DNA from: Antedon mediterranea
Taxonomy: Eukaryota; Animalia; Echinodermata
NCBI RefSeq assembly: GCF_964355755.1
Contig: NC_092678.1
Location: 25,375,365-25,439,364 of the forward strand
Length of the DNA stretch: 64,000 nt
Direction of reading: 5' to 3'
Shown here: positions 12,601 to 23,891 of the stretch, piece by piece
How positions within the stretch are numbered: the first letter of the stretch is position 1
How the letters are laid out: each line of letters starts with the position of its first letter
Made by a program: the position numbers and the translations under genes
The notes under the pieces: model-generated
The model's input: the letters and a program-made list of their open reading frames with translations, nothing else
Database searches by the model: none
Told to the model about the DNA's origin: nothing

Positions 12601-15600
12601 TATTCATTTAGCATCCATTCAACAAAACATTTGAAATCACTCACCAAACACACTCTTAAACTGCCATTAAGGTGAGCGAGTGCAATCACTTGCCTAACAC
12701 ACTCCTCAAAGGCAGTTTAGTGATTAACAACACGATTAAATTTGGTAAACTTCTACACACCAAAGTACAAACAGCACACCTACAGCACCCCTGAATGTAT
12801 TAAGGAGTGCAATTTGTAGCACACCTACACACCAAAGTACAAACAGCACACCTACAGCACCCCTGAATGTATTAAGGAGTGCAATTTGTAGCACACCTAC
12901 ACACCAACATACATACAGCACACCTACAGCACCCCTGAATGTATTAAGGAGTGCAATTTGTAGCACACCTACACACCAACATACAAACAGCACACCTACA
13001 GCACCCCTGAATGTATTAAGGAGTGCAATTTGTAGCACACCTACACACCAACATACAAACAGCACACCTACAGCACCCCTGAATGTATTAAGGAGTGCAA
13101 GTTGTAGCACACCTACAATTTTAAAAAGACAAGGCTTGAATAAATACAAACAATTTATTATTAATGATTTGAAAGTTTGTTTTTCTATTATTTACTACAA
13201 GTTCAGAATAATTTTAGCTGAATCATGCATTCTCATTTCATTTATTTGACATCATGTCCTGATATACAAAGTGAGATCAAGCATAATAAAAACATATCAT
13301 AGAAATATAGTACAATCATGGAAGGAGTTACAAATTTTGACTTTGACTGTCTGTTTTCTTTCCGTTATCTTGTAATCCTTGACTTAATATCAATGAATCA
13401 TTTTTTAAACTTTTTTGTCTGTTTTTTTGTTGTAAATTATTAACAATTTACAATAAAATTATCTGACCTTCCTTAAACGGGTACATGTCTAAAATGCACC
13501 CCCAAAAAGGAGAACGCGAGAAAGAAAAATTAACAATTAAATAACTTTCACAGTTTATAATTTTTCAAATGAAATCCAGTAATGAAATTAAGTAAATAGG
13601 AAGAACATTCAAGTAAGAACTTAATTTAGAACCATTAATGATGTTAATATTATTGTCAACTCGTCCTTTGACCCAATGTTTGTCCTTTGACCAAATGTTT
13701 GTCCTTTGACCCAATGTTTGTCCTTTGACCCAATGTTTGTGCTTTGACCCAATGTTTGTCCTTTGACCCAATGTTGTGTTCAACTAAAATTTGGTGATAA
13801 TATTGTGTTAAGCTCTGTCTACACTATCAAACTTTATGCGAAAAAAAATGTGATGTGCCCATATTTGGACATGATGATGTCATTTCACTACTGTATTTGG
13901 GCATATCACTACCATATTTGGGCACATTACACTTTTTTTATAGTGTTGACAGAGCTTTAGTTAGGAGATTTATTAACAAACAATACAAAAGATTTGACTC
14001 ATTAGCTGTAATACAATGACTGTCTAGACAGACATAAAAATGAGACAATATAAATAGTGGCTACTGGCCTAGATGCAGGCCTCAAGAGTAGTAGTAGTAC
14101 TGTGATGCTCCTCATCACATTCTATATCCAGGCCACTCCATTTCCTTGTAATAAGAGTTCTGATGATGGCTGGTGCTGTGCCCATCGCGTCGGAGACGAT
14201 GGTTTCCTCGGATGAAGATGATGTTGATAATAAAACTTGTCTTTCTTTTTTCTCGCAGGATATGAAGTCGGGCAAAATCAAAGTTTGGCAGGGTCAAGGT
14301 AAGATAGTTATTTTATTTTTTTGTTTCTAAATTAAAGATGTATTGTCCCTTGAAACACAAAAAAATGAAGGTCAAAATATTCTAAATTTAAAGTGGCCAT
14401 ATCAAAGTAATATTAAAGTTATTCACTTTAAGTCGAAAATTTGAGCCAAAAACAACAAGTTTACGTAATTAACAGGTAAATTAGCTTGATTACATTTCAT
14501 CTGGAAAATCGTCACGAGCGAAAGTAAACAAAGATTTCAAACCATGAGTACGCATTATGCATATGCTAAATTAGGATTGTTTACAACTTGTCACGGTTAA
14601 GAAGGTATTTTCACACAGATCATGAGGAAGTTTTATGATTATGCATACAGAGTAGCCAAACAAGCGCGTTTCATTATGGGATATGTTTTGATTGAAAACT
14701 TTGACTGGAAGTCAAAGTTATTTTTTTAACAAAAAAACGTCTGTATTTCAGTAAAATTTTTTTTTTTTTTTCGGAAAAATTTTTGGTGATAGTTAATAAC
14801 TATTATGATACTTCAAAATGACCCACCTTTTTTCGAAATCTATTATTTTTTATTTTTTTGGAATTAGTCAAAGGGACAATACATCAGTTTAAATTCAATC
14901 AAATCTTCCAAAATATCTTTCTTTAAATAAACTCTTCCAAATTTCTCCATAAGTAATTTTGTTTTCAGTCTGAAAAACTTTACTTTAGCTTTAGGCTAGA
15001 ACAACTGGGCCAAGTTTTGAGAAATTTTTTTTTTTTTAATCATTTTGGAGGCCAAATTTCCAGAAAGTTTGACTGTACTAATGTCAGTAGCCTTTTGTTT
15101 GTTTGTTTGTTTGTTTGTTTGTTTACATCTTGAATGCAATCACAATAATTATGCTGTGCTAATGAAAGGTTTCTGGTTGTAGCTTTTGAGAACTTAGACA
15201 CGGCAGTGAAGACGGCTCCCGGTATCTATACTCAGTTTTTGAAGATACGCAACATGTTTGACCAATCATTGTAAGAACATTTTATCAATTCAAATTTATT
15301 GTATTCATCATTTATTTCTATTGTTTTTTAAAGATTTTTTACATTTTTAATGTTGTCTCAATTTTTATGAGATATTTTTGACATGCAATTTGGCCATTTG
15401 GTCACAGGAGATGTAAAGTTGGTCAGAATTATTTTATTTTTTTGGAAATAATGAGAATATATACAAGTACATACGATTGATGGCTTAGGATCTTACAGTT
15501 ACACATAGAAGATTTTAATTTTGACCCTTTATATTTAATTGCGATAAATAATATATGTTTGGATGTCTATTGAAACAATTGCTTTGTAACTATACTATTA

Positions 15601-16800
15601 TTTTTTGCTTTAAATTAACATTTTTTCAAGTTAACAATTTTTGTTTACATCCAATTTTTTGTCCAAGTGTGTGTATTACTATTTGCATATAACACAGTGG
15701 TTATATATGTTTATTTGTTTGTTTACAGAGAATCAAACACCAATGACTGGCAGGTAGAAATTGAAGATGCTATTTTAGACAAGGTTGGAGATGGCGTTAA
15801 GGTTCTCCACATTGCAGTCGATAAAAACTCACCAGAGGTAAGTACTTATTTTTAGTTTAAGTTTGTGCTGAGTGCAATCCTGAGTTTGTGCTGAGTGCAA
15901 TCCTGAGTTTGTGCTGAGTGCAGTCCTGAGTTTGTGCTGAGTGCAGTCCTGAGTTTGTGCTGGGTGCAGTCCTGAGTTTGTGCTAAGCATAGATTGCAGC
16001 TGAGCTATCTAAACGTGGCAGTTTCAAATACAACAATGTTTAATTTAATTGTGATTTTTGCTCTTTGTTTAGGGTTGTGTGTATAGCAAGATAGAGACCC
16101 CTGTGCAAGCTAGCTATGCCTATAGAGCACTCCAGGGCAGCTGGTTTGATGGTATAATATCTTATCATATCTTTTATTCTACAGTATATATTATACAGAT
16201 ATTGCCTGCTTAGAGGGGAAATATAACATATTTACTTGGCTATGTAATATATAAATGTAAAGACAGAGAAACTCTTAACTGCCAATGTATATTTAAATTT
16301 TAATTTGTCTGATTTTTCATATGTACTATCTTTGAAATATTGTAATGATGGATGATGAATTTGTGGTTCATAAAATAACAATAAAACAAATTTCAACTTT
16401 TAAAATAAAAAATAAATGTTGAATAATTTTACCCGAAGTCTCTGTCTACACTATCAAACTAGTTTGACCAACAAAGTGTGATGTGCCCAAATATTGTAGT
16501 GATATGACATCATCATGTTCATGTATGGGCACATCACATTTTTTTGTCACATAAAGTGTGATAGTGTAAACAAGTCTTACAGACTTTTTTGTTCCTTGTT
16601 TTCACATCTTTTGCATCTTTAATATTTTGTTGTTTTTTTTGACAGGTCGTCTAGTAACCGTAAAGTACTTAAAGCCAGATCGATATTACTACCGATTTCC
16701 ATCAGCGCGTGACATGGTGACCCCTCTGGTGCCCTCTACTTGTAAAAAGAAATCGCTTTCAAGCATGGACTTTGCAAGACCAACTATTGAATCAACATAA
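3603..16800 (+). CDS. LEMD3: Inner nuclear membrane protein MAN1 (LEM domain-containing 3), 3' portion; 5' exon(s) not identified in window
   Basis: GT-AG exons in continuous frame: 3603-3637 (least certain), 4844-4913, 5080-5174, 6105-6199, 7237-7394, 7936-8037, 11925-12000, 12405-12564, 14259-14298, 15183-15270, 15729-15837, 16073-16151, 16646-16800 (TAA). The peptide has MAN1 hallmarks: second TM segment then EEEELGQMYQLVDRII, IPHVRDRLIPP, VWDRAVRYINSEESRVRVE..WRWLQP (MSC/winged helix), KVWQGQAF, and the UHM/RRM LKIRNMFD..HIAVDKNSPEGCVY..GSWFDGRLVTVKYL..YYRFP. Confidence 0.93.
6171..6558 (+). repeat. 35-bp tandem array, 11 copies, spanning a LEMD3 exon end and donor
   Basis: Unit TTAATTGAACACCCTGAATGGGGTCTAAG|GTCAGA; the first copy is the real exon end at 6199. 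Confidence 0.95.
6628..6950. repeat. 45-bp minisatellite, ~7 copies
   Basis: Unit CAATTACTCAACACCCTGACGCAAGCTACTCCACAGTAGTAATTA. Confidence 0.95.
8007..10787 (+). repeat. 48-bp tandem array, ~58 copies, spanning a LEMD3 exon end and donor
   Basis: Unit CAAATGTATCAACTGGTAGATAGAATTATAG|GTAAGAAGACATGATAT; donors from 8038 to 10774 every 48 bp. Confidence 0.97.
10899..11040. mobile_element. MITE family A (PIF/Harbinger-like)
   Basis: TIRs AGCTCTGTCTACACTATCA / TGATAGTGTAGACAGAGCT; internal CCATATTTGGGCA motifs. Confidence 0.85.
12753..13117. repeat. 72-bp minisatellite, 5 copies
   Basis: Repeats of ...CAGCACACCTACAGCACCCCTGAATGTATTAAGGAGTGCAATTTGTAGCACACCTACACACCAA... Confidence 0.9.
13664..13775. 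repeat. 19-bp minisatellite, ~6 copies
   Basis: Unit CCTTTGACCCAATGTTTGT. Confidence 0.9.
13811..13956. mobile_element. MITE family A
   Basis: Same TIRs; TTA on both sides (3-bp TSD). Confidence 0.85.
14336..14888. mobile_element. Non-autonomous TIR element with TTAA flanks (Kolobok-like)
   Basis: TTAA|AGATGTATTGTCCCTT ... AAGGGACAATACATC(AG)T|TTAA; purine-purine 5' end plus TTAA target suggests Kolobok. Confidence 0.65.
15860..15984. repeat. 23-bp minisatellite, ~5.5 copies, 23 bp downstream of a LEMD3 donor
   Basis: Unit GTTTGTGCTGAGTGCARTCCTGA. Confidence 0.9.
16437..16577. mobile_element. MITE family A (diverged ends)
   Basis: CTCTGTCTACACTATCAAAC...GTGATAGTGTAAAC. Confidence 0.8.
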
Positions 16801-17482
16801 GTCGTCAAATTTAGTCTCCAATGAACCAGCAAACGATTTTAGTTTAGTCTCCAATGAACCAGAAGATTTTGAATGAGCAGTGCCAGATACCATTTCAATT
16901 GGTCAACATTTGCATATGCTAATTAATATTCATGAGCATTTAAAATGTGATTGAATGGTGATAAAGAGATTTTCATTCAATATCTATTTGTTTGTAACGA
17001 TAGTTAAATAGAATGTCACTAAATTAAACGCGTCTTTGGTAATGTATCAATAAATTGTTACTGGTCAAATGTGACCTGGTTGGTGTCCTGGTTGGTGTCC
17101 TATTGCCCAAATATGGCATTACCTAATATGGCACAGTAGCATAATGAACAATTCTCCAACCTTCGTCCTTGTTTATGGTTGCCGATTGGTCATGCACAGA
17201 TGTTTGTTACGCTTCATTGCTTCATAATCTTTGTGCTGATTCATGCAATCCTTACAAGATCAATTTTTAATATTTATGGTTCAAATTGAACAACAATTTT
17301 TGACAACAGTAATGTTTTTCTTTTACTAGTGAGCCTTGTTGCTTTATTACTAATCAGTCTTGTTGCTATAGCTGATATAGAGGTCATAGGTTATCTCTAA
17401 CAATTCTGCATTATTTATAATCTATTTGTATTATTTGATCAAGTGTAATCACATAATAGATTGAATTGTAGAGAACCTAACC

Positions 17483-17790
17483 TTCTTAAACAACCTACTT
17501 ATCTCCTTGATCTTCTTCCCTCATACACCCCTCTTGCTTGTCTTCGGCTGATCAAAACCTACTACTTGTTCCTAGAATTAACACCAAATCTTATGGACAA
17601 AGGTCTTTTATGTTCTCTGCTGCTTCTCTTTGGAATTCTCTCCCTCGTCATTTTACTAAATCAACTTCTATTGCTATTTTTTTAAAAGAACTTAAAACGC
17701 ATCTTTTTAACATCCATGATAAGCGCCTTTGATTTTTACTTCGGTTTAGTTGATTCTGGCGCTATACAAATACCTAAATTATTATTATTA
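17483..17790 (+). mobile_element. L2-type LINE 3' fragment
   Basis: Frameshifted PTYLLDLLPSYTP..SADQNLLLVPRINTKSYGQRSFMFSAASLWNSLP..KELKTHLF, followed by AAGCGCC...GGCGCTATACAAAT and a (TTA)n tail typical of L2 ends. Confidence 0.82.
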
Positions 17791-17865
17791 AATAATTTCT
17801 TCATGATTAAATAATCTTGCCTCTGATTTTGGCTAATTACAAATACCATGCTTGGGCAAACCTAC

Positions 17866-18012
17866 AGCTCTGTCTACACTATCAAACTAGTGTGATATGC
17901 CCAAATATGGTAGTAATGTGCCCAAATGTGCTAGTGATATGACATCATCATGTCCATATTTTGGCACATTACATTTATTTGTCACATAAAGTTTGATGGC
18001 GTGGACAGAGCT
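17866..18012. mobile_element. MITE family A
   Basis: Both TIRs present. Confidence 0.85.
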
Positions 18013-19995
18013 TAACACTGTATATGTACAATATCATGCTCCAGTACAAGCCCACCTCCTAATTTTGCCTAAACTAGAGTTTTAGACCCTGATCTCCATT
18101 TGGCGTTACAATTCTGTTGATCCCCGTAACTTTAACGATCGACAATAAAAAATGTCTGGAAATCATGATATTCTATCCCTCAAGTCCATTGTTAATATAA
18201 TCCAAGTAGAATTACATAATTTTTCCCAAATTTCTTAGCTATTCCCTATGCTTTGGTCATATACGGTGATAATGAAAATATTATAATGAATTTTTTTGGC
18301 TGATTTATCATTTACGGCCTTTGAAATTTGTCATAACGCGTTAATTTATGAATCATTGAATTGTATTATATTAGATTGTAGAAAGGGGAGCGACGTAAGA
18401 ATGAAAACCAACTGTAAATTGCCTATAGTCGGTGTGTTATGTGTGTGATACAATTAGATTTTTATTATATAGAAGTAATATGTAATCATAATTAGAATTG
18501 ATTGAATTTAAAGGAACAATGTAAATGATGATTAGCTGGTCATCAGTGGCGTGATGGCTGTGAGATAAACCCAGGGGCTCCAGAGGTTAGAAGGGGCCCC
18601 AGAGTATATGCAGCCCAGTGTTGAAGGCCCTCTTAGGATTGCTAAACTATGGTCTTTTACCATGGTTATGCCACTGCATCCAGAAATGTGTTCACTTGCC
18701 CATTGGTTAAGAGAAAGGATCCTTTTTCTATGTTATTGACTGTCAATGAATGATGCATCAGAAGCATTTATGTATGTCATTTGTGTTGACTCAATCACAT
18801 TTTGTATCTAGATCCTGGATTTAAAAAATATAAGGTGCAAATTATTCGTATGATTAGAAATAATAGGCAATTGAAATGTGTTGGATTTAGTATACAGTCC
18901 ATCATTCAAACCATCCCTTACAATTTTTCCCTCCCCCCCCCCCCTCCCTCCCCATGTTATCTTGTTTACCTCCCTGATGTCTCTTATTGTTGTGTTTCGT
19001 CTCAGAATAGTCAATGACATGAAAATTCATGTTATCTCAGAAAACTGATATTGATTTTTAAATAATGAATATTCATATGTCTGAATACAAATATATTCAT
19101 TTAGCCAATGAATATTCATGACCCAGAATACTGATATATTCAATTACTCAATGAATATTCATGTTGTTATATGGTGCTAACTAAACAACTTATTCATTTT
19201 TATGTAAATATGTATTTATATAATTTAGCTCGTATGAGATGTTCTTTGTATATTTTCATGTACTCTCCACTTGTGTCATTAAACCTATCTTTAACATTAC
19301 TTACTATATACAATGTTATGTACAATATACTTTGAATGTTAGTAACCAATTCCTGTATCGCAAATAGCATCAAATGCATATTTGATAACGTATCATGCCA
19401 CGCCCATTTTTGTATATATTCTGCCACACCCATTTCTTATTTACATGCCTTTAAATGGGGAATTTTGTGTTTGATTTTAGAAATTTGTTTTTGTTTAAGT
19501 ACAATAATTAAGGTGTTCTTTAAAATATAATAATTTGCGAATTGTATACATATATAGCAATGATGCTTCCATTCTGCTGCCGCTCTTGTTGTCGTACTGG
19601 ACACATTTCATAGTACTGAGCATACCCACCGTTGACACTTAATGTTGTCATGATAAATATATCATCATCATGTGATGAACTACATAAAAGAACAATGAAA
19701 TAATATGTGCTATTGACAACAGTGGTGGATGTGACAAATATCCATATACTGTTTGTGTTAAGGGAGTAAGACTCCTAAAGGGTTTTAAGTTTGATAGATT
19801 CCAGTACAGTACTAACTGCTTAAAATATATATACATTCTCTACTGAATAATCATTTAATTATAAGTACAATCAACTCTCCTAAAACCAAACACCTTTAAG
19901 TTACTCTAATGCTTTTAAGAATGTATTTCAAATACCTTTTAGGTCGTCAGAAATTCTGGTTTTGGGAGAGTTAGCATAGCATACTCCCTAGCTTA

Positions 19996-20135
19996 AGCCC
20001 TGTCTCACTATCAAACTAGTTTGACAAAAAAAAATGTGATGTGCCCAAATATGGTAGTGATATGACATCATCATGTCCATATATGGACACATCACATTTT
20101 TTTGTCACATAAAGTTTGATAGTGTAGACAGAGCC
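19996..20135. mobile_element. MITE family A
   Basis: Both TIRs; TTA/TTA flanks. Confidence 0.85.
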
Positions 20136-20584
20136 TTAGACATTTTATTTCTCAGTCCAATATTACAGATGTTTGATAAGCATGGCATGCAATCATCAAA
20201 TCTTCCATTCTCTGCTGGCCTTGCATGCTACTACCCCCTACAGCAGCAGCAACAACAAATCAACGTGTAAATATCCCAACTTGATTTTGTATTCAACAAT
20301 CATGCTCTGCTTCAGTCTATTTTGAAGTGCATTTTGTATTTGTATTTTTGTATATTAAAATCTGTTATAACAATCTCAATTGATCATTGAAAATGCAACT
20401 AAATTTAAACTGATTTGATTGGTCAAATTTTATTCTGGTTTTTTGTAATATTGAGGTGTCTTCGGTCGGTGTATATTAAAATCTGTTATAACAATCTCAT
20501 GCAAAAAATGCAACTAAATTTAAACTGATTTAATTGATTGATTAATTTTTGTAAGAATATTTTTTGGGGAAAAATAAGGACATT

Positions 20585-21085
20585 AGGGAGGTTTCGCAAC
20601 CTTACGAATACGATAACGAAAACGGATACGTCACACATTTGTGAAACTTTTGAGCTGATCCCCATTTCATATTCCTAAAGCGTATTCGTGTTGACGAATA
20701 TCACCAGTCATATTCGTAACTACAAAACGAGTATAGTTTTTGATCTATTTTGCACATTTTGTATTTGAATCAGGAATGATTCATGATTATAATATAATTA
20801 TAGATTTATTGAAAGTAATTTACTAAAGTAATTTACTAAAATGCCAAGTAAATTTTGATAAATAGCAGTTTTTAAAGTCCTCACTCGCTTTGATGTTACG
20901 CTAGGCCTAGGCAGCCAAGCACCAAGCAACACGTTCCTGCGGTTCTCTCAAATTTACCGCAGTCATATTTTGGACGCGCCTCAATATTTCATTGCCTTGC
21001 GAAACAGATTTTTTATGGCTTACGAAAACGAATACGTGTGCGTGACGTTTTCGTTATCGTATTCGTAAGATTGCGAAACCTCTCT
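20585..21085. mobile_element. 500-bp non-autonomous TIR element
   Basis: ~40-bp TIRs AGRGAGGTTTCGCAAYCTTACGAATACGATAACGAAAACG; ATT on both sides (possible 3-bp TSD). Confidence 0.8.
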
Positions 21086-22329
21086 ATTAACATGACACCA
21101 AATTATAGTCATCGCTTTTAACCAATCCATGTTCCGATAGCTTCCGCAACCCACAGTAGGGAGCGTTTGATTTGCCCAACGACCAAACTATGTCATGCTT
21201 ATTCATTGTACGTTTGCATGGAAGTTAATACTGCTTCCTCGTTTCCCATTATGACACAATTTAGATTGTTTCTACATCCAAAAATTGACCTCTGACCTAG
21301 CTTCACAAATCAAAAGCTTTCTAATTGTGTTCACACGATGTGTTCACATGTTCATAATTCTTTGGCATCATGTCGTTACAAGCCCCAAGTATCACTGTAT
21401 AACAATGGTTTAGTTAGCATGTCATTATGTTAGTATTTAAGCCTATACTTTGTATTGCTAAAATTAGAATATACTTCTTTCTTTTTTTCATTTATCTTAT
21501 TTAATAAACTTGTGTAATTTACCAGATAACAACAAATAAAAAGGAAGTTTTGTAACGGTCGTCGTACAATATTTGATCCACGATTCCTCCATCTCCTCTC
21601 CCCACATCCGTGTATGTTGAACACAGAGTGCAAACATAAATTTTTGATTGCTCTTCTATGAAAAAAAACCATTTTAATTAAATAATAACGGTCGTTGTAC
21701 AATATTTGATCCCTGATTCCATCTGTCTCGGATTTGTATCCATTTTGAACAAAGTTCAAACATAAATATTTGCTCTTCTATGAAAAAAAAACCGTTTTAA
21801 TAAATTAAATACACCAGGCTCTGTTACTATATTATTTATCAAATTTTAATTATTCAAATATTACCATGGTAACCAATGTAATTAGTGCAGCATATAAATA
21901 AAAATTAACATTTCATTTCCGAAGATTCAGATTCAGATAATATTTATTTAGATAATAATGAATGAATATATACAAAATAGAAAAAAGATATTAAAGTGAA
22001 CATAGATAAAGCAGTAATTGGTAGTCATTATTATCATGGATCCCTTCTAGAAGTTAAAAACTTGTCTCGATGAGCAGCAGCCTACCAAATCAAACCTTAC
22101 ACAGGTTATATATACAGTGTGTAAATTAAAAATTCTTTTTAAAAAGGCAGATTTTATTTATAGTTTAAATAATTGTATCTTTTTAAATATAATGCTACTC
22201 TAATTTTAAGTTAATATGAAATTATAAATCATATTTAGATTAAAGACCCCAGAAGTTTAATTCGTGTACGGTACAGGAAAGGGGTACATTCCACACTTCA
22301 TCTCCTTAGCAACAACCTTAACAACCTCC

Positions 22330-23511
22330 TTAGCAACACTTAGTTTTTCAATAAGTCTAATTCCGCTTTATGTACCATCTGATGAATGTTAAACTTTAAC
22401 TCGATTCTAACCCTCTCTGGCATTCGTCGAATTGTCTCCGCCATCGAACAAAAAAAATAATCGAGGTCGTCTTTCTGCGCATCAGCAATCTTTGCCTTCT
22501 GCGCTAAATATTCCGTGATACAATCGTTGGCATCAAAATTGGTGGAAGGGCGTCGTCTTTTAGCGAGGGCTGGTGTTGATGTTGTTAATGAGACGAACGA
22601 GGGATTGTCTTGTCGTATGTGATTATACTCGTCTTCATTGTGTTCAATGATACTGACAACGCTATTGTAGTGTTCTTCCTCACTTACAGTGTCTGGTATT
22701 TCGAGGCTACTGCTACTAAAATATTGTGGAAAAAAAATTGTTAAATTAAATAAATGATCAGAACTTTGAGAGTGCTAGTTCCTTAAGAGTTTTTTAGTGG
22801 TTAATTCTGCATTCATAATGGCTACCATTAAATGTTTAACTGTTATTTATTATTTTATTTAAATATTATTTTATTTAGTTTATTTGGTACTCACTCTCTA
22901 AAGTGTGGTGTCAGAAATGTGAGAATATCTGCATATTTGTATTTCTTTATAACTTTATCTGTGGCAACTTTCTTGCGGCTGCTGTTAAATGCATCTCTCA
23001 CATTGTTCCACTTTTTCCGTGCCAATTCTCCTAAACAAAAGAAAAAACATTACAATTATTGTATGTCGATTCTAAGCTAAACTAGCATAGCCTTGTTATT
23101 CAAATACAACAATTAAAACACCAATGCCGATGGCAAAATCGATCTCCATGGTTACGTCAGTACTTCAACAATTTAATTCATTGAATTTTGAAATCTAGGC
23201 CTAGGCCTATGCCTATCTATAGCCTACTCTAAATGGCCTACATTTCATGGCCTACTACTACTACTAGACTAGCCTACCTACTTAAACTTAGTTAGGCCTA
23301 GCCTACCTAAGGCTCTAGCTAGGCCTTGCCTACCTAAATAGAGGAAGTAGCCTACACAAAACTCACCACTCATTCCTGTCCTCATCCCTATGTCTTGCCA
23401 CATGTCCCTTTTCATTGGAATGTTCTTGAAGTTCGGATCAGATTTGTCATATAACATAGGATTTTGTTCAACTTCTGCAATCAAAGTTTCAATTTTGTGA
23501 TCATCAGTCAT
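22330..23511 (-). CDS. MADF (Myb/SANT-like) + BESS domain protein, 3 coding exons
   Basis: Minus-strand exons 23511-23367, 23030-22895, 22715-22330 with GTGAGT donors and AG acceptors join in frame. N-terminus LIAEVEQNPMLYDKSDPNFKN..KRDMWQDIG..ARKKWNNVRDAF..YKYADILTFLTPH fits MADF; C-terminus DDLDYFFCSMAETIRRMPERVRIELKFNIHQMVHKAE fits BESS; TAA at 22332-22330. Only the first exon appears in the ORF track. Confidence 0.85.
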
Positions 23512-23891
23512 ATTTAACAACACTTCCTAGCAACTGGCACAAAAACACACTTTAACTTTTAATTTAAAAACTTTTTAAAAGGAAAATCGATCGATGGCAT
23601 GCACGTATCTGATTGGTTGAAACTTTTTATCGTCGTTGATAAAAAAAAATCGGTCAACGTTATTGTTCAGACGTACTGCTGACTGGCGTTTTAACGTTAA
23701 CAAAATCGTAAAACTAAACTGCTCTATCCACCATTTTGCTTTTGTTTTATCGGTATCGTTATCGGTGGCGTGACCTATGACGTCAACGACACTGAGACGT
23801 TGGGGGCGGAAAGACTAAAAAAACATAAACAGAGCATGTTTTGAAGGCTGGCCTAGCTCGACATCATCAGGAGAGAGATAAAAAGGCTAAA
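23512..23891. promoter_or_regulatory. Probable bidirectional promoter between MADF-BESS gene and ACOX1
   Basis: Divergent ATGs only 380 bp apart; CpG-richer than flanks; perfect CRE TGACGTCA at 23778-23785, reverse CCAAT (GATTGG) at 23611, GGGGCGG at ~23803. Confidence 0.6.

Noticed and set aside
14073-14258. GC-richer open stretch upstream of LEMD3 exon 14259 as an exon extension
   Set aside because: In-frame TGA at ~14103, no in-phase acceptor found beyond it, and a strong acceptor exists at 14258.
18544-18676. CAGTGGCGT...ATGCCACTG small hAT-like MITE (similar remnant ~44355-44480)
   Set aside because: Only ~9-bp imperfect TIRs and no matching TSD; too weak to call.
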